DNA from: Bigelowiella natans CCMP2755
Taxonomy: Eukaryota; Protista; Cercozoa
Direction: 5' to 3'
NCBI GenBank assembly: GCA_000320545.1
Contig: ADNK01001162.1
Coordinates: 1-64,000, forward strand
Length of the DNA stretch: 64,000 nucleotides
Each line of letters opens with the position of its first letter. Position 1 is the stretch's first letter. Shown piece after piece: positions 1 through 13,150 of this stretch. A program made the position numbers and the translations under genes. A model generated the notes under the pieces. That model made no database searches and had not been told where the DNA came from. It saw only the letters and a list, made by a program, of their open reading frames with translations.

Positions 1-58
1 TGCCATTCTCTTCTACGGATGTGCACCACACACACTACTACTACTACTCATACATACA

Positions 59-118
<60 letters not shown>

Positions 119-132
119 TGTGTGTTACTCAG

Positions 133-992
133 GCAACCGCTCGTCCTTCTACCTAAGGGCACTGTGCTTTCGCCTCAGATTCAACCATCCATACACATCC
201 ATCTGCTGCTCAATGAGAGGGGACTTCATAAAGCTTACTTATCGAAATAACATCCTCATTTGCCATTCCCTCCTGCTCCTTCTTGGATCACTACTTCTCG
301 GGATTGCGTCATTTTCAGGCAATATTCCAACTACACTGTCCTATTCGCTCGCCTTGTGTCTTGTTCTGGTTATGTTGCCAGTACCGCTGCTTCTCAAGCT
401 CTTATTTCAAGAAAAGGTATTTACCACGAAGTTCTCTATGTCCAACATAACTTCAATGCCATCTGCATTGTGGTAGTAGTAGTAGTAGTTGTTGTTGTTG
501 TTGTTGTTGTTTATTTTTGTTTTGAGGCTATTCTTGGCTTGTCGTAGAGGCAGAATTAAATTTTGAGCTATCATACCTCTCTTCTTGCTGTTCTTCTTCT
601 TCATCTTCTTCATCTTCTTCATCTTCTTCCCCCTCTTTGCTAGGTACCAAAGGTCATGCGTGTGGACAAAGATAGTCGAGTAACCCCATACCAAATACTA
701 CGTCCGGTGAGCAAATGGCTTGTATCGCTTGTCTATTTGGACTTCGGTACCCCCCTAAAGCACTTGCGACGGAGTAGCAGTGACAATGATGGTGGAAGAC
801 CTACCGGTGATAGCAAAAATGGAGCTGACCCTCAAGCAAAGAAAGCCGCGCAGAAAGAGTATCATTCCAAATTCAAATTTCTCCTAAGACAATCAGCCAA
901 GATTATCGGAGGACTCACAAGAGTCAAGCGACTGCCGGTCAGCTCGCATATTTCTGCACTGCCACACTCGCCATAGTTCAGACGCAATTAGG

Positions 993-1025
<33 letters not shown>

Positions 1026-1868
1026 TTTAATTTCAAACTATTATTAAATGTACAGGCACTCGATGGTAAAGAACATGACGTAGAGATAGAGCAAACATCC
1101 ATCCGAATCCGCTCCAAACAAGAGAATCATGAAGGCGATAAACTAAAGAAATCCAACATCAAGACTGGTCCCAAAAATGGTTCATCGCCTGTGGCCATGA
1201 AGGCTAGACAGCCTTCGAGAAAGGTCATTTTAGATACCAGATCTTTCTTCCAAAATATTGCACAGGGTGGGTTGCCGAAGATGCCTTCTGAGGAAAAAGT
1301 TGTGAGTGATGATAAAGAAACAAAAGCTGAACTCAAGCCAAACAGAAAGGCATTCAAGAGAAGGCCAACAATGAAATCTACGGCTCTTCTGGTGATAGAA
1401 CCTACAATTTTCTTGTAATGTTACATTCATTTTCTTTAATTTTTTATTTTCATTGAATTCAGACTCGTGCACCCACCACATTTGATCCAGATGTGAAGGG
1501 AAAAGAAGCAGAAGAGATGTAAGAATATATGTAGGACAGATTGTGTAGTGATGTCGAATTTAGCACACTTCTCATTACAATTAATCACAGCTGTTGTTAT
1601 TATTCGCATCCATAAGTTTTATCGTATCTTATCATCTATAATTGCATTTTCTGTTTTTGTGAGTTTCTTTATTTGAATAAACGGGGTAGTGGACACTTAT
1701 AAAGAATCTATTGTTTGTTGGGAGAACGTCTATTATCAATTTAATTCAAATCCAAACACATACTCACATCAACCCACCTCAAACAGCTATACTCACAAGG
1801 AAAAAGAGCTAAGAGTACTTGGCAGTGTTTCAGCCGAAGCCAGTGATTCAAATCTCGTCGATGACACA

Positions 1869-1901
<33 letters not shown>

Positions 1902-3433
1902 ACAGACTCCAACTCGAATGCACCATTCTCCAACAATACATCACAACTGAAGAAAAAGAAGGGAAAGGGATATTGTCGAACGTCCACAAAGCGCCTAGTT
2001 TACCTCATTATAGTGAATATCTTGCTCACTGCACTCGTAGCCGTTTGCTACGGGAGACTTGACTCCAAGATGGCCGAGAGCAAGATCCTCTGGTTCTTTG
2101 TCAAGTGTCTTCTAGTAGATTTTCTCCTAAGAATTGTCACTGCAATGCTTGTCCAAGCGATGTGGATGTGCTGCATTTCAACGAGACGCTCAGGTGTAAC
2201 TTCCCAATTTATATCTAGAATTTACCATTGATGCCCTCCTCCTCCTTCTCCTCCTCCTCCTCCTCCTCCTCCTCCTCCTCCTCCACTGTCTTAACCTGGC
2301 GTTGATTCCAACATATAAATGTGCTCATTTAGGGCCAAATATGCTACCGGCGGGGAGAGATGATACAAAGCGAATTCAGGAATTTACAGTTCCTCCTGGA
2401 CATGTCGGTTTCACAATCCATAAGGTCTTGATGAGGAGATCCGTTGCATTTTGCGTTCAGTCAAACACGTTGTTCTAATGATTCCATGGTTATTCATGCT
2501 CTAGTCTCGTGTTGTGCGTGTGTCGGAGAAGTCGCCAGCTTACAGGGCTGGCATTCAAGAAGGATTCAGGTCATCTCAAATATAAAACAGCAGGCAGTGT
2601 ACGGCGTGTGTATTTGCATGCATGTATTGTCAAATTGCAACATAGTACAGACGTCATGTTCTTGCCTTCTTGCCTTATGACACACACACAATCTATGGAC
2701 TCTAAATCCAAAAAATTCAGATTGATCTCCGTGAACGGCGTCCATGCCCAGTCTGATGCACATGCTCGCGCTCTGTTTGCAGTTGCACACTACACATTTC
2801 CCCGACTCTCACTCACTTTTGAAATATACGGTAAAAAGAACATATAATTAGCCCACAATACTTAACTATGTTGTTGTTATAGTGAGCGTCCAAACCTGAT
2901 GAGTCCAGTAACTTAACCCTGTGTGTTACTTCAATTGATTGAACGCTCCAACAATTGTCTGAACGAAACTCAAATGATTAGCTCTTTTTTTGGTTGCACA
3001 TAATCAACAGTATCTGAATCTGGCCAGGCCTCCAATCAGAGTAACAAGAAACAGCAGCCAAAACGTAAGAGCATGAAAACGATTCAGAAATGATGTCTGA
3101 TATCTCGCTCACAACTCACAACTTAACCTCTGCATTACATCCAGACCCCACACGCATACAATTTATTAAATGGCATGTTGGTATGTTGGTTGTTGAGAAC
3201 ACAAATGTTTTGATCATTATTTCACTGTGATCTTACATTTTCTACTGTCAACACCTCTGATTCCAGAAGCATTTTTGTCCATTGGCTCTCCCACTACCTT
3301 TGTTTCCCCCACTCATGACTCCACCGAAGTTCCCAGCATTGATAATGCAGAAGGTGATGATGTAGTGATATTTTGGTCTTTTTATTCTATTTCTCTGAAA
3401 GACGTACTTGAGGCAATTGTCCGTCAGATATTT

Positions 3434-3475
<42 letters not shown>

Positions 3476-4243
3476 TGTATGCAAGACAGCCACAATGCTT
3501 AGATTATTAATATAACGAATAAACGCGTAGAATGAATATGAAAAGTATAATTTTCATACTTTGTACTTGTTACTATATTGGCGTACGTGTGTGATGTTTT
3601 TTCCCTGGCTTATCATGCAGGAGTCCCCACTTCGGCAATGGTGATTCCAACTCTGCATGTTGGGATTGACAACAGCATTTGTCCTGTATCTACGGTTTCA
3701 GGAGCTGTGGTAGATCCTAGCAACGGGAAACTCGACGGGAAATCTGTCAGCAAAACACCACGATCACTCGTACTGAATCCTGTGCGAGGTGTTCATGCGC
3801 AAGGACCAACGCGAATAATCGGTCTGGATGTTTCACAGACTGGCAGAAAGTTTAAAGATAGTGTAGAAGGATCTAGTGAGTTGAAGGGGCAAGGTCCCAG
3901 GCGTCTTTCGCTACGAGAAAAAATTATCAGAATGTGCTCGCCAAAGAACAGAGTGCAAAAAACTGATACTACAAATTGGATGAGGATTGATGAAAATTGT
4001 AACCAACGCATAGAATCTGAGACAACATACTTGGATGCTACAAAGCAACATGTTCACCGTCCCTCTCAACCCATAGTTCGAAACAACTTCATGGAGAAAA
4101 TAGTGAAAGCCCTTTCGCCAGCAGCTGGAGATCGAAGAAGGAGTTATGAGCTTAGAAATGCAAATCGTTGGCAAAAAGAACGAGGCAGTGATTGCCATGC
4201 ACATGAGGAAAAGCAAGTACTGACTTCCACTACAAGTGCTTGA
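133..4243 (+). CDS. 3' part of a multi-exon, multi-pass membrane protein with a C-terminal PDZ-like domain (5' end outside window)
   Basis: GT-AG exons. Hydrophobic helices in 133-415 (ILICHSLLLLLGSLLLGIASF..LSYSLALCLVLVMLPVPLLLKLLF) and ~1990-2190 (LVYLIIVNILLTALVAVCY..ILWFFVKCLLVDFLLRIVTAMLV). PDZ-like pieces: FTVPPGHVGFTIHK (~2380), SRVVRVSEKSPAYRAGIQEGF (~2505-2569), RLISVNGVHAQSDAHARALF..LSLTFE (~2720-2830). Low-complexity last exon ends at TGA 4243. Joining all exons into one gene is inferred. Confidence 0.6.
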
Positions 4244-4419
4244 AGGAACGATGACATCAATATCGACGCTTCTAACCGGCCACCTTTGCGGATGAAACAC
4301 ATTTGAAACTTCGATGAAAAGAATGACAAGGATGTGAGAAGGATTAGTAGGTAGATGATGACGCAATCATGAGTAACGTTCGATGCGCGAAACTTCTATC
4401 TCTCATTCATGCATGTAGC

Positions 4420-5828
4420 GAAAGCAGTTGAATGTGAACGAAGGAGCCAGTGCTCATGATGCATGCTGTCATGACTTTGAGTGCAGCATCTCAAATGAAC
4501 GAAGCCAGAACACACACCATTTTCTCATTGCACCAGCTCACATGGTGCAAAACATTCGCAAATTTGAGTCGATCTAGCCGATCCTTGCAACCTGACTTCA
4601 CAGTGATTGAGCAGTGCCAAAGTGCCTTCACAAATCAGTTGAGACGCATCATCTAGTCATCACTACTAGCTCAATGACGACAATGCACTAGCCATGCTAG
4701 CATGGTCGCTGGCTGGCGCTCAGACATGATCTTGCATTGTCCACACATTCCACCATCGTCCGCCATGCACGCATTCAATTGGACATCGTTGCAGACTTTG
4801 CGATGACTCACACACCACGCTGTCGGCGAATCAAACCAAGATGGACCTTTCGTCACACATGCACACAGGTGCATCACCATGCCAGTGTGAGTCCATGGAC
4901 ACACCGTCATGTCGTGTGCACCGTCGCACACTTGGCATGTCACATGGCACCTGTGGGTGCAATGAAAGACACGTGCAGCGCCTGCCTTTTTTGCCATGCT
5001 TCGCCATTGTTGCCATGGCTTGAATGGCAATGTCGCGCTCACTCTGGAGTGCACGTCGCCCTCGTCAGCGGCGTGTGCCAATGGGGATGTGCCGAGCACG
5101 CAGCTGCTCTCAGCTGACGAGTTGAGAGACGTGGCCCTGCCGACAGGAGGTTCCCGTGCTTGCTTTGCCTTTGCACCGGGCCTGTCGAGACAGCGATCCA
5201 CGATTTTGTCGTCCTGCGCTGAATCGGGCATTGGGGTGCACACATGCATCGCTGCTGCGTCAACAAGAGGCGGTTGAACGTGATTCGTGAAAGCGTTGAT
5301 GAAACTTGAACTGTTGTTTGTTTGGTTGTCGTGTTGTCTTTTGAGTTGTCTGTCCGTTTGAGTTGTGTTTGCATGCAAGCAGGCTCAAGTTGCGCGTGCG
5401 GCTCCGAGAAAGCTTTCACTTGCAATGCAATTGTGCGTTGGTTTCACTGTGCGTCGTCCCGACGCCTTTGTCGTGCTGCACGAACGCAGCGACGTGCAGA
5501 ACGTTCCTGGACTTGTCCGAGAGTGCGGCCAGTCCGAGGAAGAACGAAGGAACTTTCCAAGAACACAAGAGCAGCGAACTGCACGTTCTCAGAACGTTCC
5601 GTGCTCCAGCGCTGGCACGTGCGTCACACGTGCCGCGAGGCGTCCCAGGACGTCGTGTGTCGCGGGTCACGCACACAATGGACGTCGCTCTGCCTGTCCG
5701 GCCGTGGCGTGCAAACTGAGCGCCACAGCAACATGGCAGCCTCATCTCATGTTGTTGCCATGCATTGGTGTCTAGGCATGTGGCAGGGAAGCGACACGCG
5801 AGTCCGTTGTGACTTTTGCACCAATCAG
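4420..5828. other. TpA-depleted (hypermutated) island 1, probably decayed repeat or non-functional DNA
   Basis: Only 7 TpA in about 1.4 kb (6 CTAG, 1 CTAC), with none between ~4700 and 5772. CpG is retained and TG/CA is abundant. Confidence 0.85.
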
Positions 5829-6027
5829 TATCACATCTTAGCAATGATGCGAGAACAATGTTCTGCTCGTGTTTTCGTGTTGTTCAAGGGGGAAATAGAG
5901 CATGATCTCTGTGTTTGAAGATCGAGAACAAGATTGATGCTGGAAGTGAAGATATAAATCACAATCTCGTTGGAGGATAAGGTGATGATGCTTGCGGAGA
6001 TAATAAAAGATGTATACTTTGACATCT

Positions 6028-7251
6028 TCACTGGTTATTATTTTGAATCTTTGCTACCAACTTTTCTTTTAAGTTTCGAAAGTTAAGGACGGATACTGAA
6101 ATCGGAGATAGGTTGCGAACGAAGGCATTGAAGAGGCGTGGGATTTCAGTGGAAGGGGGAATCTCCTTAGTCTCGAGGAATTGGTCTAATTCCTGTGCGC
6201 TTTGAGCTATTTCACGAAGCTGTGGTACCACCTCAGCCGCAACCTTTTCTGGGGTTGATACGAACGTATCCACGAGTGCCCTTCCAGTCTCTCCAAAACT
6301 CTCCGATCCTGAACGGAGCAATTCAGTGTCGACAAGCCCTGGGTTTAGACTGATAACCTTTATCTTTGACCCTTGCAGTTCGGCACGGAGAGAGCTCGTA
6401 AATTGCTTGACGCCAGCCTTCGTTGCGCCATACGCAGCATATAGCCTGGTTGGTTCTCCACCACTACCCGCTCCCTCTAGGAGGACAATGAATCCGTTGC
6501 AGCTCGTGGAAGAAGAGCTACTACTGCTGCTACTACTACTACTTCTACTCTCCCCCCTCCCCGTCGTCATCGACTTAATAGCCTCTCTAGCAGACAACAT
6601 TGTGCCTAGCAAATTTGTTGAACTAATTTCAATTAATGTATCTTCAGGCATCTCTATCAAGTCCTTAAACATATATCCATTTGTCGCTGCATTGCAGATC
6701 CACATATCAATTCCGCCCCAGCGATCGGCAGCTGTGGATGATATTCTTGCGAGATCTTCAGAATTAGTCACATCGCATTTGATTCCCAGCACTTCTCCTG
6801 TCCCGAGTTTTCTTAGCTCTTCTTCTGTTTCTTGAACGCGTGCTTCATCGCGAGAGGAAATAAGTACCTTGTCACCAGCTCTTAAGAAACTGGTTGCTAG
6901 TGCGCGTCCTAATCCTTTCGTCGCACCAGTTATAACTATCCGCATTGATGATGACCCGCCGTTGCTATTCTTTTCAGCTTCTTCAGGAGGCATAGAATTT
7001 TCATTCACCGCCTGTGGAGAAACTGATTGCAAAATACTCCTTTTTCGCCAAGCAGCTATGGGTAGCGTGCGCTGCCTCCTCCTTGTCAAGAGTCCAGCAG
7101 CCGCGGATGATGATAACTTTGAGCAGCATCTAGAACCTGTGGTCCTCCCATTTACAACTCCAGGCGCATAGCATGCAGCCGAGACATGATAAAAACTATC
7201 ACAAAGCAAGAAATTGAGTAGCAAAGCTGTGCGGAGGAGCTGGACGAGCAT
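6028..7251 (-). CDS. NOL: Chlorophyll(ide) b reductase NOL/NYC1-like short-chain dehydrogenase, plastid-targeted, intronless
   Basis: Rossmann motif IVITGATKGLG, IDMWICNAA, and EGAGSGGEPTRLYAAYGATK (YxxxK; resembles NOL DGAGSDGRPTPRFAAYGATK). Start placed at ATG 7251 (MLVQLLRTALLLNFLLCDSFYHVSA, a signal peptide) followed by an S/R/A-rich transit-like stretch. Confidence 0.85.
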   Translation of the reverse strand: MLVQLLRTALLLNFLLCDSFYHVSAACYAPGVVNGRTTGSRCCSKLSSSAAAGLLTRRRQRTLPIAAWRKRSILQSVSPQAVNENSMPPEEAEKNSNGGSSSMRIVITGATKGLGRALATSFLRAGDKVLISSRDEARVQETEEELRKLGTGEVLGIKCDVTNSEDLARISSTAADRWGGIDMWICNAATNGYMFKDLIEMPEDTLIEISSTNLLGTMLSAREAIKSMTTGRGESRSSSSSSSSSSSSTSCNGFIVLLEGAGSGGEPTRLYAAYGATKAGVKQFTSSLRAELQGSKIKVISLNPGLVDTELLRSGSESFGETGRALVDTFVSTPEKVAAEVVPQLREIAQSAQELDQFLETKEIPPSTEIPRLFNAFVRNLSPISVSVLNFRNLKEKLVAKIQNNNQ

Positions 7252-7596
7252 AATCGCGTCTCCTATCGTCTTCGAGGTCTCCTCCTTCTTCTTCTCCTCC
7301 TCCTCCTCCCTGAGACCGGAACTGCCACTTTCGACAACGACGTCTCGTGAACGTATTCCGATTAGTAGTTTTAAAATGCATCTATTTTTGATTTGCGACA
7401 GGAATAAATATATGTCGCAGGTATATGAACCCCTTTGTCCGGAGCGCAACAAGCAGAAACAACATCAACCTCTTCGAGCTTCTCTTTCTTCTCCTCCTCC
7501 CTTCTTCTTCTTCTTCTTCTTCTTCTTCTTCTTCGCCAACCATTCTCCTTTCCCCAATCCCAGCTTTGTTTGCGCATACAAAGCTGGTCTCTACTT
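7252..7596. promoter_or_regulatory. Short divergent (bidirectional) promoter region, NOL / rhomboid
   Basis: 345 bp between head-to-head start codons. Inferred from gene orientation only. Confidence 0.5.
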
Positions 7597-9073
7597 ATGG
7601 CTAATGTCCACGGTATTGGTGATTTTGCTGCTCCAGGTAGCCTCCCTCCCTCTCCTAACCATCGGGAATCTTTCATGATTTGGTGTTAACATGCACATTT
7701 GTTCCGAAGGCGGCGGCGGCGGAGGAGAATATAGTGCTCTTCGTGGAAACCAGGGAGCTTTAGGGGGGCAGTATGCAGCGGGTGGCGGGGGAGGATGGGA
7801 TCAATTTGGAATGGATCAAGGGGTGATAAGCAAGCGGCCAGAAGAAGAAACTAAGATTAAGTTTGATGATGAGTGTCACTTAATAGTGGTTTACTTTGAA
7901 TATGCAGCCTCAAGGAGCATATATTCCAATATTTCGACGTCGATCAGCATTGCCTGATCTAATCGATCTCTATGCTCCATGGTACGAGATGATAAAAGAG
8001 GCAAGCCAATTCAATGATGCTGAGCATTAAGCTGATGCACCTACGTAGGTTCTTCTCGAGGAGTTTCATTTTCTTCATAACGATTGTGGAGATAGTAAGT
8101 ACTTTCTGGCAATACACAGTGATTGCGATCCTCAAAATGTGAATAATACATTCCAGGGGATGCAGATTGTCGCAATGATGGTTGGACACTTCTTCTTCGA
8201 TGGTCAATAGCTAATACCGAATTTCTTCCCCATAATTTGCACTTACTTCGCTACATTCTTCCACAGGAGCACTTTCGAAAACTAATCAACTGGGAGGACC
8301 TTCACCGCTCACCTTGCGCTACATGGGTAAAACAAAAATGTGTAGTAAGTTTGCAAGCACTCATGGTTGAGGATACATTTTTAGTACAACTTGATATCTT
8401 CTCCTTCTTCTTATCATCGTCATCATCATCATCATCATCATTATCCACCTTTATTAATGATACTTCAGGAGCAAAGTATACGCCTCTTATTCGGGATGAT
8501 TTTGAATATTGGAGGCTGGTTACTCCGATTTTTCTACACGCAAATATCATGCACTTAGCTATGAATCTCTTCTTTCTCTCACAAGTGGGATACACGTTTG
8601 AGTTGAGGTCAGTCAGTCACAACATTAATTTACTGCTAACAACACATTGTAGTATTGAGAAGAGGAGACAGCAGCCACGTATGTTATTTCTCTGAATACG
8701 ATTAAGCAATGCCCGGTTTCGTCATTTCGTCGTTGTTCCACTAAGTTAGAGATGAATGTTGTTGGGCCTACTGATTCACCATTTTAAAGGTGGGGTAGCT
8801 GGCAAATTGCATTGCTCTTCCTTTTCTCTGGTATTTCTGGAGACATGGTACTAGTAGTACTACTAGTAGTAGTAGTAGTAGTAGTAGTAGTAGCAACTCA
8901 TTCGTAAAATGGCCTCCAGATGATGCTCTGTGTTGAAATAAATAATGATGTGCTGTGCATAGTTCTCTGCGATTGGGAATCCTGGAGTAGATTCGGTAAT
9001 TGTAGATGATTGATAGATAAGAGGGAAAAATGAAAGCAAGAAGAGGAAGAATTAGACATGTGTATGTAATATA

Positions 9074-9104
<31 letters not shown>

Positions 9105-9294
9105 GCATATATCTTGCTAGCCTATAACACTGTCTGTAATTGTTATGTTCTGAAAATTGAAGGTTGGTGCATCCGGATGCCTCTTTGGACTTCTTGGGGC
9201 AGATATTGTCTATATGTACATAAGTAAGTGTAAACATTATCAACAAATCATACTTTATCACCACCACATCGATCAATTCACACACACATATATT

Positions 9295-9329
<35 letters not shown>

Positions 9330-9537
9330 CATATGTATATTATCCTTCTTAACAAATAAATAATCGTTGGAAAATAGATTGGGATTTTATACCGAAGCCC
9401 CTCGCCCAGTGCGAGATGTGCATTATTTGCGGGCTGTTGCTTCTCAATGCCATGAGCGGTGGATCATCGAACACAATTGATAACTACGCTCATTTCGGAG
9501 GTAATCAAATTTACACATCGTCATGCTTAAGATCACC

Positions 9538-9570
<33 letters not shown>

Positions 9571-9940
9571 CTCTAATCCCTGCTATTGTTGCTGCTGCTG
9601 TAGGTTTTGTGGGAGGTGCGGTGGCGTCGTTCTCATTGGTAGTAGACTCAGCCGACTCACTCAAATGAATTCTCACTCACCTGGATAATCAATACCCCAT
9701 TAAATATTATCGTCTATGTGAACATTAACTCTCTTTTAGGTGAAACTTTTAAGGCCTGAAGAGGAACCACGAAAGGATCTATATCGGAAAGGTGCTGTTA
9801 TGCACTTAAAAATCACACTTTAACTTTTCTCATTTTCTCATCATATCATATCATATCATATTATATCAGGGGGTCTCATTGGTACGCTTGCTATATGGAT
9901 ATCCTTTTTCCTAGCGCTTTACCTTTTCCCAGCCGAATGA
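7597..9940 (+). CDS. Rhomboid intramembrane serine protease (multi-exon)
   Basis: Exons encode EYWRLVTPIFLHANIMHLAMN (WR and HxxxxHxxxN), VGASGCLFGLLGA (catalytic GxSG) and IDNYAHFGG (catalytic His). Last exon GGLIGTLAIWISFFLALYLFPAE* ends at 9940. Confidence 0.9.
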
Positions 9941-10490
9941 TCATTAAAAGTTTGCATATCGGTTGAACATTTATAATTCCTACGTCTTCCGAGTATTCGG
10001 GCAATATTATGATTTAGTGTCCCCGATGCACGCCATGCTTGGTTTTCCCTAGCGATACTCTAGTACTTACTGCGCACGTGTGTTGTAATTGGTATACACT
10101 AGCTAGCTAGCGCTAAGATGCGCGCCTATCGTATCTAGCTATGAGTGTCTAGAATGTACACAAGGCTGCATGCAACTAGTCAATAAGCGCTTCGTGTGTA
10201 TAGCCGTAGTTTATTTGCGAAGCTACATGACAAGATAAGGATGACCATGTGCACATTGGCATAACGTAAGCTTTGCATTCATTACACGCTAGCACGCCTC
10301 AGCAAAAACATAATAGACGAGCCGTACAAGTAAGCTAGCATGTACGCGTACGACGTACTTCTAGAATTATGAACATGCTTGCAGCGTGATAATAGATAAT
10401 AGACATAGTAATAATATGCTATATATGTGGCCACATTCATATACATACACGCATGAACATAGCATAGCGAAGTGTGCTAGTGTGTCTGTG

Positions 10491-10531
<41 letters not shown>

Positions 10532-10618
10532 TTATCATGATCCAGCAGCATGCGTACATACTTGTCTTAACATAGGATACAGCATAGCATACGCGTACGT
10601 GTCGGAACGAATTTCATT

Positions 10619-10797
10619 TTAGAACCAAGCTTGATTTCTACGGTAAAGTCGCAGGATCAAGCCAGATTTGTCAACTTGTTCCGCAGTGTTTTCTTCATAA
10701 AACTTGTGATGTTCGCTGATATCTGCAAAGAAATGGGGATAAAGGTTTGTGTGTCGTACATAAAAATGACCACCAGCCAGCACAAACATACACGCAC

Positions 10798-10836
<39 letters not shown>

Positions 10837-11313
10837 AGCATCATCGTGAGTACCTCAAACAGATCGTCTCTGAAAGATTTCGCCATGTGTTTATGGTGTT
10901 GTAAGAGCCGCAGCAGAACGCTTGCCACCTATCAAAACTGGTGAGTTAGTATCAAATTTCGCACGATTTATGTGTGACTGGTAACACTTAGAAACTAGCA
11001 GTTGATGTTCTCGTTCTCACTTTGGTATCATATCACAGACAAGACTAACATTAGTCGTCTTTCGAAAGATCTTTCGAGTATATAAACATGTTCTTAACGA
11101 ATCTTCCTCGATGACGATGTCAACAGATAAGAATGATGCCCGGCTACTGCTAATCTCGTCACTACTTTGGTGGATTTAGGGAATGCACGGATCGCTCCAG
11201 ACACCCACGAAATCAGCTGAGAGCATCCATTTACATCCAATCGGAAGATCTTCGGTTTTGTAAGAAAGTCCTGCAGAATCGACGCACGGGCCTCCACACT
11301 CTTCCGTGACTAA

Positions 11314-11358
<45 letters not shown>

Positions 11359-11559
11359 TGTGTGTGTGGTATGTGTTGTCGTGTACTACTCCACGGTGTG
11401 TGTGGCGTGTTATGCGTATTGTAATGGCTAGTTGGCTGACTGTATACGTCGGCTGACCCCCTCCTCCTACATCTACTCCATTACCATCCATCACTATCAT
11501 CATGTACCGCTGACTCATGGAATACAACTAAGAGTGTACATAAACGGGTTGTGTGCAAT

Positions 11560-11599
<40 letters not shown>

Positions 11600-12192
11600 T
11601 TTGAAGGCACTACCTGTTGAAGAGCCGCCATCTTAGGTAGCTGCAGCATTTGATGATCATTTGTTAAAAAAAGAACGCGGAGGAGGAGCTCGGAGAAGGC
11701 CGACGACGAAGAAGATGCCGCTAGTACAGATTGCTGTGAGTGTGCTGCTAACGACGCCCCTTCCGACGATAATGACGATGATCTAGCCGCTGTTGATGAT
11801 GATAACGACGATGATGATGACATGTGTGCAGCCTGTACCAGTCTTTTCACCACGTCGCTGTGGAAGGAGTTGAGCAGGTAATACTGACTCGTCATGTTAG
11901 CACCAGCGTCATCAGAATGGTGGCCTGATGCTCCTTGCTCTTGTCCATCCCTTTTTGCGTTGCCGTAGTCAAGATTGTCATCATGAGTCGTCGCCATTAG
12001 ATCAGGGCACATTAGAGCAAGAATGCAATCCTCTACGATCTGTGTGGCGGAGTGAGCAGGACGACAACCATGACGATGACAAACATATAATAATCATGAG
12101 GTGAAGCAGCAACAGCACAATGGTTTTTACAGATGTTCCATAAGAAAGACCACCTATAGAAGTGAGAGTACTACCAACAAACAATTATTCGG

Positions 12193-12227
<35 letters not shown>

Positions 12228-12329
12228 CAACACATCATGACGAAGAATAACTATTCGGTTGGTGTTGTTCGTCAACACATCGTGGCAACTTCGACCAACA
12301 CCGCCATCACCATCACTCACCACCACCAC

Positions 12330-12360
<31 letters not shown>

Positions 12361-13107
12361 CTGAAGTGACACTCATCCACTCACACACGCTGTACTACCC
12401 TATTCCTACTAGTTAGTACTCAATAATAGTACAATTTTAGGATGCATTTTGAGAATATGGAGAAGGGCAGTGAAGAAAACTCGTGAGATTGCCCGCGAAA
12501 GACGTATAAGCCTAGGCATCAATATCTGTTCGAACCGATTGAGAATTATGATAATGATGGTGATAATAATGATGATAACAAAGATGAAAATTACAATGAC
12601 GGTGGTCAAGCACTTTTATTAGACTGCATTTGGTATAATGTGAGTAATCTATCATCAACATCATCTTCTTCTTACGTGGGTGACGATATCAGCTGTCCTT
12701 GCCATACTTAGCGCCTCTGTAACCATCACCTTGACGAGAAGGAGGAGGCACTCATCATTGCATCCAAAGCATGCTTTGCCTAAACCTGAGCAGCATGTGT
12801 GTTCTTTGGTGATGATGATGATAATGATGATGGCGATGATGATGACGATGACGGTGGTATTAATGTCAATACGAATGATTATTTCAGAAAATAATTTTTC
12901 TTCCCGATGATAGAAGAAAGAGATGAAGGAGGTAGTAGCAGCGTGCATCATCTACTTATGATTCCTTTTCATTCTCAATTTTTGTCTATTTGTAGGTTCT
13001 GCACCAAGTACTTGAGGGTTAGTGAACGTACACCAATGCCAGATATATCGTAATCATACATATGTCATCGGGTAGCTTGATCTCTCCTCCACCCTTCCTT
13101 CTGACCT

Positions 13108-13150
<43 letters not shown>

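Noticed and set aside
4899-4937. CQVCDGAHDMTVC (CX2CX3HX4C) gag-like zinc knuckle on the minus strand
   Set aside because: Cys and His codons are exactly what TA>TG/CA conversion creates. No LTRs, protease, RT or integrase were seen, so no retroelement is called.
4420-5828. Classical RIP or CpG-methylation decay as the cause of the islands
   Set aside because: RIP would raise TpA and 5mC decay would deplete CpG. Here TpA is lost and CpG is kept.
4450-5918. Cluster of overlapping 100-235 aa ORFs on both strands
   Set aside because: Explained by loss of TAA/TAG stops in a TpA-free tract. They are essentially Tyr-free and Cys/His-rich with no coherent domain.
7252-7452. First 67 codons of the 474-aa SDR ORF
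   Set aside because: These start at a non-ATG codon and overlap the divergent promoter. ATG 7251 gives a proper signal peptide.
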